The notes: a model not told the origin generated them from the sequence alone. A stretch of DNA of 64,000 bases from an uncultured Candidatus Entotheonella sp. (GCA_965215335.1 CBDCDA010000002.1:160001-224000), one strand, 5' to 3'. Numbered from the stretch's first letter, positions 10,770 through 20,678 are shown. Made by a program: numbers and translations.

Positions 10770-13700
10770 ATGGAGAGGATCAACCCTGAAGGCGATTCGC
10801 ATCCACCGCCCGGCATGAACTTTTCCGCCGACCCAAACGCCGTCTCGGCGGTCGCCGAGGCGCATCGCCTCGCATACGGCCACCTCTTCAATCCGGTGTT
10901 CGCGACGGAAACATCGCTGATCGACCCGCTCCCGCATCAACGCATCGCCGTCTACGAGCACATGCTGGAGCAGGCGCCCCTGCGGTTCCTGCTGGCCGAC
11001 GACGCGGGCGCCGGCAAGACGATCATGACGGGCCTGTACGTGCGCGAGATGCTGTCTCGCCGACGCATCCGCCGCGTGCTCATCGTGCCGCCGGCCGGCC
11101 TGGTCGGCAACTGGGAACGGGAAATGAGAACCCTGTTTCGCTTGCCGTTCCATATCCTCGGCGGCGCGGACGCGCGAGCCGGTAATCCCTTCCTCGGTCC
11201 GGGGAGCGACGGGGCCATCGTCAGCCTCGACACCTTGGCCGGAGAGCGCATGTTCAACCGTCTCAGGGAGCCCCGAACCGAGCCCTATGACCTCGTCGTC
11301 TTCGACGAGGCGCACAAGCTCGCCGCCGACCGCCAGCCGGATTTCCGGGTGCGCAAGACGGACCGCTACAGGCTGGCGGAAGCCCTGGCCGGCGCCGAGG
11401 CAGACGGCGCGCGCTGGCAACTCCCCTGGTCGGCCCAACACCTGCTCCTGCTGACGGCGACGCCGCACATGGGCAAGGACTATCCATACTATTGCCTGTG
11501 GCGCCTGCTGCTGCCGGACACGCTCGCCACCTGCGACGCGTTCGAGGCCTTTCCGGATGGCTCGCGGCGACGGCATTTCATCCGCCGCAGCAAGGAGGAA
11601 ATGGTCCATATCGACGGCTCCCCGCTGCATCCCCAGCGCAACTGCGACACGCTCAGCTACGACCTCTCGCAGGGCCCGGCGAGCGAGCAGGAACTCTACG
11701 ACGACACGACGGCTTACATCCGGCATTCCTACAACCGGGCCGGCGTCCTGAACCGCTCCGCCGCCCGGTTGGCGATGAGTGTCTTCCAGCGTCGCCTCGC
11801 CAGCTCTACGTACGCCCTCGGACGCTCGTTCGAGCGGCGCGCGGAAAAGCTCGCCAGCTGGATCGACGATATTCGCAGCGGACGACTGACCGAGGAACAG
11901 CTGGCCCTGCGGCAGCGGCGTCTCGACGGTCTTGACGACGCCTTTGAAACACGGACGGCCGACGAGGCCCCCACGGGTGAAGACGGAGGCGAAGATGGCG
12001 AGGCGTTCGAGAACCAGGCGTTGGGCGGCACGGTGGCGGTCAGCCTGAGCGAACTGGAGGCGGAGCGTCGCCAGGTCGACGCCCTGCTCGGCAGGACGCG
12101 CCAGCTGCTCGACGCCGGCGAGGAGTCCAAGTTCGAGAAGCTGCGAGAGGTGCTCCGCGACCCGCAATATCTCAATGAGAAGCTCATCATTTTCACCGAG
12201 CACCGCGACACCGCGGAATTTCTGGTACGCCGCTTCGAAGGTCTCGGCTTCACCGATCAGGTCGCCCAGATCCACGGCGGCCTGTCTTACCAGGAGCGCG
12301 AGCGGCAGGTCGAATTTTTCCGCCGCCCGGCCGCCGAAGGCGGCGCCAGCTACCTGGTGGCCACCGACGCCGCCGGCGAGGGCATCAATTTGCAGTTCTG
12401 CTGGCTGATGGTGAATTACGATATTCCCTGGAACCCGGCGCGGCTGGAGCAGCGGATGGGCCGCATTCACCGCTACGGCCAGAAGCACGACCCGGTGATC
12501 ATCGTCAACCTGGTGGCCGGAAACACGCGCGAGGGACGGGTGTTGAAGACGCTGCTCGACAAGCTCGAGGCGATCCGCCGGCAGCTCCGATCCGACAAGG
12601 TATTCGACGTGGTGGGCCGTCTGTTTGAGGAACTGTCTATACGGGACTATCTCGAACAGGCGGTCACGGGGGATGACGACACCATTGCCGAGCGGTTGGC
12701 GGGCGACCTGACTACGGGCCAGGTGCGGGCTCTTGCGGAGAGAGAGCGGGTGCTTTTCGGGGAAGGCGGCGAGGTGCGCCAGCGGCTGGCTCATCTCAAC
12801 GACGAAGCGGAGCAGGAAACCTATCGCCGGCTGCTGCCCGGATACGTGCGCCGTTTCGTGGAAAAAGCCGCGCCGCTGCTCGACTTGCGTATCGAGGGCG
12901 ACCCGGGGGATCTCTTCACGCTGGTGCCTGACCGTCCCGCCGCCGCCGATGCCTTGCTGACCGCGCTGGAAACGTATTCCGAGCAGGCGCGCGACCGGCT
13001 GACGGTGTACAAACCGGCGAACCGGGACGACGCCGTCTGGATGCACCCTGGCGAGCCGGTATTCGACGGCCTCGCGGCGGCGCTCCTGGAGCGCTTCGGG
13101 CGCGACGGCCTTCAGGGCGCCGTGTTCATCGACCCTTATGCAACCGAGGCTTACCTGTTCCACCTCGTGCGGGTGTCCGTTGAACAGCACGGTCGGACCC
13201 ACGCCGGCCCGGCGGGTCCGTTGGATGGCCGCGGCGGTGAAACGGCCCCGAAGCCTCTTGAATCACGATTGATCGGGCTGCGCCAGACAAGCGAGGGCGT
13301 CATCGTGTCGTGCCCGGTCGAGCATCTGCTTCTGCTCAGGGGCGCCCGCGGCCTCGCGCCGAGCCGGGCACGCCTCGCCACCCTGGCGCGCGGCATGGCC
13401 ATCGATGCCGCCCGATTCGCGCGCGAGGACGTGAGCGAGCGCCTCGCGCGAGTCCATCGACAACGCCGCCTCGATGCTCTGCCCGCGCGTCTGGCATTCG
13501 TCAACCGCGGCTTCGACTTTCAGGCGGCAGAACTCGCGGCCGCCCGCTCCCGCCTCACCGAAACGGCCCGCACGGGCGCCACGCCGGCCCGCGTCCTCGG
13601 GGGACTCGCCAGGATCAAGGAACGGCAGCGGGGCTTGACGGACTCCCGCCGTCGCCGCCTCGCCGACCTGCGAGCCGAGCCGGACCACATCCGAGCCGGC

Positions 13701-14162
13701 GCGGTCGCCTTCCTCGTTCACGCCCTCGTGATGCCCGTTCAGGATTCCGAGGCGACCGAGCAATACGACGCCGATGTCGAGGCCATTGCCATGCAGGTCG
13801 CTGTCGCTCATGAGGCGAGCTTCGGCGCCGCGGTCGAGGACGTCTCGCGGCCCGAACTGGCGCGCCGCGCCGGGCTGCCCGACTGGCCGGGCTTCGATCT
13901 CAGGTCCCGCCGTCCCGCGCAGGAGCGGGCCATCGAGGTCAAGGGCCGCGCCACTTCCGGTAACGTCGAGATGAGCGACAACGAGTGGGCCAGAGCCTGC
14001 AATCTGCGCGATGCGTACTGGCTCTACGTCGTCTTCGACTGCGCCACGCCCCGACCGCGCCTGCTGCGGGTGCGCGACCCGTTTGGCAGACTGCTCGCGA
14101 GAGACCGCGAATCCGTCGTGTTCACCATCACACCGAGGGACGTCGTGGCGGCAGCGGAGTAG
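10770..14162 (+). CDS. SNF2-family helicase with C-terminal DUF3883-type (PD-(D/E)XK-like) nuclease domain
   Basis: LLADDAGAGKT, FDEAH, LLLTATPH, GEGINLQ, EQRMGRIHRYGQ; C-terminal GFDL..IEVKG..MSDNEW. Confidence 0.85.
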   Translation: MERINPEGDSHPPPGMNFSADPNAVSAVAEAHRLAYGHLFNPVFATETSLIDPLPHQRIAVYEHMLEQAPLRFLLADDAGAGKTIMTGLYVREMLSRRRIRRVLIVPPAGLVGNWEREMRTLFRLPFHILGGADARAGNPFLGPGSDGAIVSLDTLAGERMFNRLREPRTEPYDLVVFDEAHKLAADRQPDFRVRKTDRYRLAEALAGAEADGARWQLPWSAQHLLLLTATPHMGKDYPYYCLWRLLLPDTLATCDAFEAFPDGSRRRHFIRRSKEEMVHIDGSPLHPQRNCDTLSYDLSQGPASEQELYDDTTAYIRHSYNRAGVLNRSAARLAMSVFQRRLASSTYALGRSFERRAEKLASWIDDIRSGRLTEEQLALRQRRLDGLDDAFETRTADEAPTGEDGGEDGEAFENQALGGTVAVSLSELEAERRQVDALLGRTRQLLDAGEESKFEKLREVLRDPQYLNEKLIIFTEHRDTAEFLVRRFEGLGFTDQVAQIHGGLSYQERERQVEFFRRPAAEGGASYLVATDAAGEGINLQFCWLMVNYDIPWNPARLEQRMGRIHRYGQKHDPVIIVNLVAGNTREGRVLKTLLDKLEAIRRQLRSDKVFDVVGRLFEELSIRDYLEQAVTGDDDTIAERLAGDLTTGQVRALAERERVLFGEGGEVRQRLAHLNDEAEQETYRRLLPGYVRRFVEKAAPLLDLRIEGDPGDLFTLVPDRPAAADALLTALETYSEQARDRLTVYKPANRDDAVWMHPGEPVFDGLAAALLERFGRDGLQGAVFIDPYATEAYLFHLVRVSVEQHGRTHAGPAGPLDGRGGETAPKPLESRLIGLRQTSEGVIVSCPVEHLLLLRGARGLAPSRARLATLARGMAIDAARFAREDVSERLARVHRQRRLDALPARLAFVNRGFDFQAAELAAARSRLTETARTGATPARVLGGLARIKERQRGLTDSRRRRLADLRAEPDHIRAGAVAFLVHALVMPVQDSEATEQYDADVEAIAMQVAVAHEASFGAAVEDVSRPELARRAGLPDWPGFDLRSRRPAQERAIEVKGRATSGNVEMSDNEWARACNLRDAYWLYVVFDCATPRPRLLRVRDPFGRLLARDRESVVFTITPRDVVAAAE

Positions 14163-14191
14163 GCCAGGGGAGTATCGGCGGGAGGCAGGAT

Positions 14192-14528
14192 ATGGGCCGG
14201 GCGGCGTGGACCGAAGTGGACAGATTTGCCGACTGGTCATATCCTGATCCGCGTATCGAGCGATGGCTACTGCTCGAAGGCGCGGCCTGCAAGGCTGTGT
14301 TCGGCAGGGGCTGCGCCGCGCCCGATCGGAAATGCGACCGGGGGCCGTTACAAACGGCAGCTGGTCGAGGCTATTCATGCCACGGGAACAACACCCCTGC
14401 TCGGAGGTATCGAGTATGCGCAAGCTGTCGTGCAGCAGATGAATATCGACCGTGCCGTGCACGTGGATCCGTCCTTCAGGCGCTTTGTGACGGCGTTGCG
14501 CGGCACATTTCAGGGGTGGCAGCCATGA
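14192..14528 (+). pseudogene. Truncated, frameshifted remnant of a small accessory gene (DUF4276-like C-terminal half)
   Basis: PDPRIERWLLL..KAVFGRGC..PDRKCDR continues in another frame as RYKRQLVEAI..DPSFRRFV after a G-run at ~14340; stop overlaps the methylase ATG. Confidence 0.45.
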
Positions 14529-17500
14529 CCCCCGACGACAGACGCCTCATCGAAGTCGCCTTTCCCCTCAAACAGGTATCCCTCGACGCCGTGCACGAGA
14601 AGAACGTGCGGCACGGGCACATCTCCACCTTGCACATCTGGCCGGCGCGGCGACCGTTGGCGGCGGCGCGGGCGGCGTTGATTGCGACGCTGCTTCCCGA
14701 TCCGGGCAATGCCGGGGAACGCAAGGCGCTTCTGGATCGCATGGCCGGCCGCGTGATAGAGACGAGTGAACGCAGGCGGGTGAACGGGCGGGTGGTCGAG
14801 AGGACCAAGGAAGAGACGGCCGGCGGCATCCTGCACTGGGGGCGCGAGAACGGGCCGGACCTCGAATGGTTCCGCGCACAGATTCGCAAGGCGTACGGCG
14901 GTCGGGCGCCGAAGGTGCTGGACCCGTTCGCGGGCGGCGGCGCCATTCCGCTGGAAGCGATGCGCCTGGGGTGCGAGGTGACCGCCATGGACCTCAACCC
15001 GGTGGCCTGGTTCATCCTCAAGTGCACCCTCGAATACCCGCAGAAGCTCGCCGGCCAGACGCGCCCGCTGCCGGCGTTCGCGCTGGCGGATGGCGACTTC
15101 ATGGCGGCGTTCCTGAAAGCCAAAGGGCTCAAGGGCGCCGGCCTGCGGACGGCCCTGCAGCGGTTCGGTCACGGCGACGGCGACAAGACTGAACTCGGTC
15201 TGTTGCCCCTCGAGGAGGCGCTGGTCGAAGCGGACCTTGCCTGGCATGTGCGTGCCTGGGGCCGCTGGGTGCTGGCCAAGGCGCGTGCCGAACTGGCGTC
15301 GTTCTATCCCGCCTATGCCGAGTGCGGGACACTCGATCACTCCCCCCTTGAGGGGGAGTCGGCGAGACAAGGGCGTAGCCCGCAGGCGAGCCGGTGGGGG
15401 GAATCCGCGCCGGGCGATGAGCCGCTCGAGCGCCTGCGGCTCCTGGAGCCGGACGCCGAGGGCAAAACCGACGCCGGGCCGCTGAATGCGGGCTTCGATT
15501 CGACCTGGCTGGCGGACCTGCGCAACCCGCGCTGGATCGCCAAGCCGATGGTGGCCTGTCTCTGGGCACGCACCGTGACCTGCAAGCAGTGCCGCGCCAC
15601 CCTGCCGCTGCTCAAGACGCGCTGGCTGTGCAGGAAAGACCGCAAGCGCGTGCTGCTGACGCTGGAACCGGATGCCGACCGCGGCGGTGTTGTCTTCGGC
15701 GTGTGGACCGGGCCGCCGCAAAACGGCGGCAACGCGGCGCAGCGACGGGCGCACGACCAGCGCCTCGGCGCCGGCACCATGTCGCGCACCGGCGCCACCT
15801 GCCCGTGCTGCGGCGCCATCACGACGATGGCGGACATCCGGTTTGAAGGCCGCGCCGGCCGCCTGGGCGCGGTCATGACGGCCGTGGTGGTGGATGGACC
15901 GAAAGGCAAGGAATACCGCGTGCCGACGGACCACGAGCGGGCGGTGGCGGAAGTGACCGAAGAATCGCTTCAGGCGCTCTACACGGACATTCCGTTCGGG
16001 TTGCCGGAGGAGCCCTTGCCGAGCAAGGAGGCGCTCGGTTTTCGTGTTCCTCTCTACGGCTTCGACATGTGGCGGAAGCTGTTCACGAATCGGCAGTTGT
16101 TGGCGCTTGGGGGGTTCGTTCACACCCTGCGCGCCATGTCGAATCAACTCACCGATTACCCGGTAACATGGAAAGAGGCTCTGGTTGCCATGTGCGCGCC
16201 CATCATCAGCCGCATGGCTGACCGGGGCAGCACCTTGGCGACATGGACCAACAATCCCGAAAAAATCAGGAGTACGTTTGCACGGTTCGCATTGCCGATT
16301 ACATGGGATTTCTCCGAGTCTGCGCCGCTTTCGGATACCACGGGAGGATTCGTACAAGCTGTCGATTGGGTATTCAAGGTATGCGAGCATCTGCAAGAAA
16401 GCGTCGATTCAGCCCGGAGTGGAGAGATCATTTGTGCATCCGCCATTGCCTGCCCAATCGACAGCGTCGACCTGATCCTGACCGACCCACCGTACTACGA
16501 TGCCATCCCGTATTCCGATCTCATGGACTTCTTCCATGTCTGGCTGAGGCGTACGATTGCGGGATTGTCCGCCGAAGTCGAGGCGATCTTCTCCGATGCC
16601 CTTGGCCCCAAGTGGGATCACGACACCGGCGACGGCGAACTCATCGACGACGCCAGCCGATTCGACGGCGACAAGGAGCGCTCCAGGCAGAACTATGAAA
16701 ACGGCATGGCCAGAGCGTTTCAGGCTTGCTACGCAGCGTTGCGGGCGGACGGGCGGCTCGTGGTCGTGTTCGCCAACAAGCATCCCGATGCATGGGAGAC
16801 CCTGGTGGCCGCTCTGATTCGGGCCGGCTTTGTGGTGTACGGCTCCTGGCCCATCCAGACGGAGATGGGCAATCGTAACCGAGCGATTGCCTCCGCCGCC
16901 TTGTCGTCTTCAATCTGGATCGTCTGCAAGAAGCGCCCCGCCGCCCGGCCCGGCTGGGACAACATCGTCCTCGGTGAGATGCGCGACAACATCACCCGGC
17001 AACTCCGCGACTTCTGGGACGCCGGCATTCGCGGCCCGGACTTCGTGTGGGCGGCGACCGGCCCGGCCCTGGAAGCCTTCAGCAAGCATCCGGTGGTCAA
17101 GAAGGCGAACGACCCGCACCAATTGATGACCGTCTCGGCGTTCCTGCGCGAGGTGCGGCGCATGGTCGTCGATTTCGTCGTCGGTCGCGTGCTGACCCGG
17201 GACGCCGGGCAGGACACCGCCACCGGCCTCGACGACGTGACCACCTACTACCTGCTGCATCGCCACGACTTCGGCATGGACGAAGCGCCCGTCGGCGGCT
17301 GCATCCTCTACGCCCTCTCCTGCAACCTCTCCGACGCCGCCCTGATCAATCAGCACGACCTCCTGGCGCAATCGGGCAAGGAGAAAGATGGCGAACTCGA
17401 AACGGACGGCCTGCCCGAGGAGGCGGAAGGAACGGGCGGTGGCGCCAAGGTCAAGCTGAAGCCCTGGCACCGGCGGCAGGGCCGCAACCTCGGCCTCGAA

Positions 17501-17791
17501 GCGCCGGGCGGGCGCCCCGCCCCGCTCATCGACCAGGTCCACAAGCTCATGCACCTCTGGCGCGCCGGCGACCAGGTCAAGGTCGACGACTACCTCGACA
17601 GCCGCGGCCTTCAGCGCACTGCCCTGTTCAATCAGCTCCTCCAGGCGCTCATCGAACTGGCCAGGGGCGGTTCCGACGAGCGCTCCCTCCTCGAAGCCCT
17701 GAGCAACCACGCCGCCGCCCGTGGCGACGTGCAGGCGCCGAGGCAGGGGCGGCTACAGTTGAGGGATGCCGGCTCGCGCGCATCCATCTGA
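14525..17791 (+). CDS. DUF1156 adenine-specific DNA methyltransferase
   Basis: LIEVAFP, HIWPARRPLA, VLDPFAGGG (motif I), TDPPYYD (motif IV), CxxC...CxxC Zn-ribbon. Confidence 0.9.
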   Translation: MTPDDRRLIEVAFPLKQVSLDAVHEKNVRHGHISTLHIWPARRPLAAARAALIATLLPDPGNAGERKALLDRMAGRVIETSERRRVNGRVVERTKEETAGGILHWGRENGPDLEWFRAQIRKAYGGRAPKVLDPFAGGGAIPLEAMRLGCEVTAMDLNPVAWFILKCTLEYPQKLAGQTRPLPAFALADGDFMAAFLKAKGLKGAGLRTALQRFGHGDGDKTELGLLPLEEALVEADLAWHVRAWGRWVLAKARAELASFYPAYAECGTLDHSPLEGESARQGRSPQASRWGESAPGDEPLERLRLLEPDAEGKTDAGPLNAGFDSTWLADLRNPRWIAKPMVACLWARTVTCKQCRATLPLLKTRWLCRKDRKRVLLTLEPDADRGGVVFGVWTGPPQNGGNAAQRRAHDQRLGAGTMSRTGATCPCCGAITTMADIRFEGRAGRLGAVMTAVVVDGPKGKEYRVPTDHERAVAEVTEESLQALYTDIPFGLPEEPLPSKEALGFRVPLYGFDMWRKLFTNRQLLALGGFVHTLRAMSNQLTDYPVTWKEALVAMCAPIISRMADRGSTLATWTNNPEKIRSTFARFALPITWDFSESAPLSDTTGGFVQAVDWVFKVCEHLQESVDSARSGEIICASAIACPIDSVDLILTDPPYYDAIPYSDLMDFFHVWLRRTIAGLSAEVEAIFSDALGPKWDHDTGDGELIDDASRFDGDKERSRQNYENGMARAFQACYAALRADGRLVVVFANKHPDAWETLVAALIRAGFVVYGSWPIQTEMGNRNRAIASAALSSSIWIVCKKRPAARPGWDNIVLGEMRDNITRQLRDFWDAGIRGPDFVWAATGPALEAFSKHPVVKKANDPHQLMTVSAFLREVRRMVVDFVVGRVLTRDAGQDTATGLDDVTTYYLLHRHDFGMDEAPVGGCILYALSCNLSDAALINQHDLLAQSGKEKDGELETDGLPEEAEGTGGGAKVKLKPWHRRQGRNLGLEAPGGRPAPLIDQVHKLMHLWRAGDQVKVDDYLDSRGLQRTALFNQLLQALIELARGGSDERSLLEALSNHAAARGDVQAPRQGRLQLRDAGSRASI
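15337..15390 (+). repeat. REP-like palindromic repeat copy 1, in-frame inside the methylase
   Basis: ~55-bp match to 25798-25852 (5 substitutions, 1 indel). Confidence 0.8.
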
Positions 17792-17915
17792 AATTTCTTG
17801 GCCAGACAGGACAAACGGGGGCGAGAAGGAAGGAGAACAGGCAATGGCGAACGGGGGACAGCGATTATCCCTTGGCGTTGCGGTGCGGGTACATCCATGA
17901 ACCAGTGAGGACGAC

Positions 17916-19679
17916 ATGACAACGCAATCTTCCCGGATGCCGTGGCACGAGGTCGTGCAGCTGCGCGACGACCTGAAGAGTGGCGAACTGTCGCTGGCGG
18001 TATTTGCGGCCGACCTGTACGACGTGGTCATGCAGAAGGGCCAGCGGCCGGTATACGAGCATCCCGGCGAGTTCTTTGCCCTCACCTACCCGACTTACAA
18101 TCTGCGGGAATTGGTCAAGGACGTGGCTCTGCGCCTGGCCGGCCAAAGCGACAAGGCGTACCGAAAGCTGTCGGTGAACTACGGCGGCGGCAAGACCCAC
18201 GTCCCGTGGCCAAACGGTTCATCGACGAGACGACCGCTGCCGACCGCCCCCGGGTCCATCGTAACGCCATCGTCCTCGCCGTGCCTTCCAGAGATGGCCT
18301 CGACGCGGCGCGCATGCGGGTTCGGGCGTATCTCGGTTGGGAGGAGGTTCGCGGTCAACTCAAGGATCAACCGATCGATCCGATCCGTGAGCAGATGCTC
18401 GCCAATGAGACAGAGGCGGCGAGACGGCGTATCCCGGAGGCCCTTCGACAGGCATACTCCCTGGTTGTCACCGTCAACGAGCGCAATGACGTCCACGCCT
18501 TCAAAGTCGTGGTGGACGATGCCCCCCTGTTCACCATCATCAAGACCAGCAGGCAAGCCCGCATCCAGGAAACCGCCATCAGCTCGGAGGCGATGCTGCC
18601 GGGCGGCCCCTACGACTTGTGGCGGCAGGGGGAACCGTCCCGGCGAGTCAAGGATCTGGTCGGCGCTTTCGCGCAGTTCCCGAAACTGCCCAAAATGCTG
18701 CGTCACAGGGAGATTCTCAATACCGTGGTGCAAGGGGTCGAGCAAGGCATCTGGGTGGCGCGGGTCGTGCGTCCGGACCGGACGACCAGGACCTTCTGGC
18801 GCACGGCTGTCGACGAACCGGCCCTCAAGGACGCCGGTCTGGAAGTCGTGCTGCCCGAGGCGGCCACGCTGAGCGAACTGGCACCCGACCTGCTCGAGCA
18901 TGAAAAATTGCCGGGGCTATGGCCGGCGGTAGCGATCGGCGTGCAGGACGTGTACGACTACTTCGCCGGCGGTCATGCCGTGAGTCTGCCAAGGGAGGGC
19001 TACGAAGAAACGCTCACCATCCCGAAATGCGAACCGGCCCGGGTCGAAACCGCCATTCTGCAAGCCGTCGCACAGGGGCGGGTGTGGTTGACGAACGGAC
19101 CGGCCTCGATTCTCAAGGAGCCCGTCCCCGCTGGCGTGCTTGGCGCCGCCGCGACCTTGCGGCGGCCACCCGAGCGGGTCGACGTTGCCGAGATGATGGC
19201 CGATTCGGTCCCCGATGCCTGGGAAAGACGGCCAGACCAACGCCCTCGCCCTCGCCACCGCGCTGTCGACCCGGCAGGGTGTCACCCTGCCCTGGACCAC
19301 CGTGCGGTCGGCGATAGAAGATGGTATCCGCGCACGATGGATCGAGTTGGCCAGCGACTCCGCCTCGTGGCCGTGTGACCTGGCCGGCTCCCGGCACGCG
19401 ATCCTGCAAGTCCCGACTGGGCAAGGCATTCGTGAAGGTGAAGGAGCACCCTGCCAACCCAGGCCACGCGGGCTGCTCGGTGCCCAAGCTGTCCTGGAAG
19501 CCCACGGCATTCAGGACTTGGCCGATCAGATTCCAGCCATAACCAAAGCCGCGGTGGGCAGCACCCTCCGGTTCAACGTTCGCATCGAATTCGAGGGAGA
19601 TCCCGCCCCTGACATGAAGGTGGTGGAAACCATCAACGCGCTGCTTTCCAAGGTCTCCGAAGATTTGAAGATTGGTTGA
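17916..19679 (+). pseudogene. DUF499 AAA+ ATPase, internally deleted and frameshifted
   Basis: PWHEVVQLRDDL..FAADL..YGGGKTH, then a jump at ~18200 into another frame holding the C-terminal part (RNAIVLAVP); second frameshift at ~19221. Confidence 0.8.
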
Positions 19680-19785
19680 GACTGGGATTTCAGGCCGCCA
19701 CGTCCGGGCGTCTGGGTTGAAGTGCAGGCGCCGAATGTGGTAGGGTGACACGGCAATTGGCCATCTTCCAAGTGCAGGAGAAACG

Positions 19786-20127
19786 ATGATTACGTACAGG
19801 TGCATCGTACAAGAGGGTTGCATTCCCCTCGCTATCCGTCCCCGCCTCGCCTCTGGCTTGGCGGGCATAACCGCCGAGGTTCTTGGCGCGGCGCCGGATG
19901 ACGTGCAGGTCGAATTCAACGAGATAGCGCACGGTGCCGGATACCGTGGCGGCGAACTGTCCACCACATCGCTGGTACGCGGTGCCATTCCGCCGGGCTG
20001 CGAACAGCCGGTGCGCGAGCAGCTGCTGATGAAAATATGCGACATGTGGTGTGAGGTAACGGGCTGCGGCATTGATGAAGTTGTTGTCAATGCCAGCGAT
20101 CAGGGCTACGTCCCTAATGTCTACTAA
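19786..20127 (+). CDS. Tautomerase-superfamily protein lacking Pro-1
   Basis: Two beta-alpha-beta-like units, AGGAG RBS, starts MITYRC. Confidence 0.65.
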   Translation: MITYRCIVQEGCIPLAIRPRLASGLAGITAEVLGAAPDDVQVEFNEIAHGAGYRGGELSTTSLVRGAIPPGCEQPVREQLLMKICDMWCEVTGCGIDEVVVNASDQGYVPNVY

Positions 20128-20144
20128 CGAGGAAAGGACTTGTC

Positions 20145-20540
20145 ATGCCTGTGTATAATTGTATTTCCCCCGCTGGTGCCGTGCCTGTGGACGTGCGCCC
20201 CAAAATCGCCGAGGCTTTTACGGATATCCATTGCGACAGTACCAACGCGCCGCGCAGCTTCGTGCACGTCTTCTTCAAAGAGACCCCCGAGGGTGCCGAT
20301 TCCGGTCATGACACGCCGTACTACATCGACGCCGGCAACCGCGCCGGGCGTCCGGCAGAGGTGGTGCTGAAGCTGAAGAACGACCTGCGTCAGGCTTACG
20401 CCGAACACGCCGGCGTTACGATCGACCAGGTTGGTGCTCGCATCGTCGAGGGCCCGGCACGCTGGTCGATGGAGGGCGGTCACATCCTGCCCGAACCGGG
20501 TCAGGAAGGCGCCGAGTGGTACGCCCACGCGGCCGACTAA
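20145..20540 (+). CDS. cis-3-chloroacrylate dehalogenase-like tautomerase
   Basis: MPVY (Pro-1), TDIH, RAGR, MEGGHILPEPGQE..W resemble cis-CaaD. Confidence 0.75.
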   Translation: MPVYNCISPAGAVPVDVRPKIAEAFTDIHCDSTNAPRSFVHVFFKETPEGADSGHDTPYYIDAGNRAGRPAEVVLKLKNDLRQAYAEHAGVTIDQVGARIVEGPARWSMEGGHILPEPGQEGAEWYAHAAD

Positions 20541-20678
20541 CCGACCCGCAGGTCTGAACTGCGAACGGCGCGTCGGGTAACTGCCCGAATACGTTTTCAA
20601 AACGCCGCATGGGAGGTCAGACAGGAGACCTTTCGTGCGGCGTATTTGCAGGTGAAAATCAATAGGAGGAATACCTTG

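Noticed and set aside
10503..13202. 899-aa antisense ORF over the helicase (likewise 5671-7596, 14510-16396, 39173-41002, 48075-49628)
   Set aside because: Shadow ORFs of GC3-rich genes; no motifs, and the opposite strand carries clear conserved proteins
13985..14524. 180-aa N-terminal extension of the methylase
   Set aside because: Overlaps the helicase end and the pseudogene remnant; the family motif begins at ATG 14525
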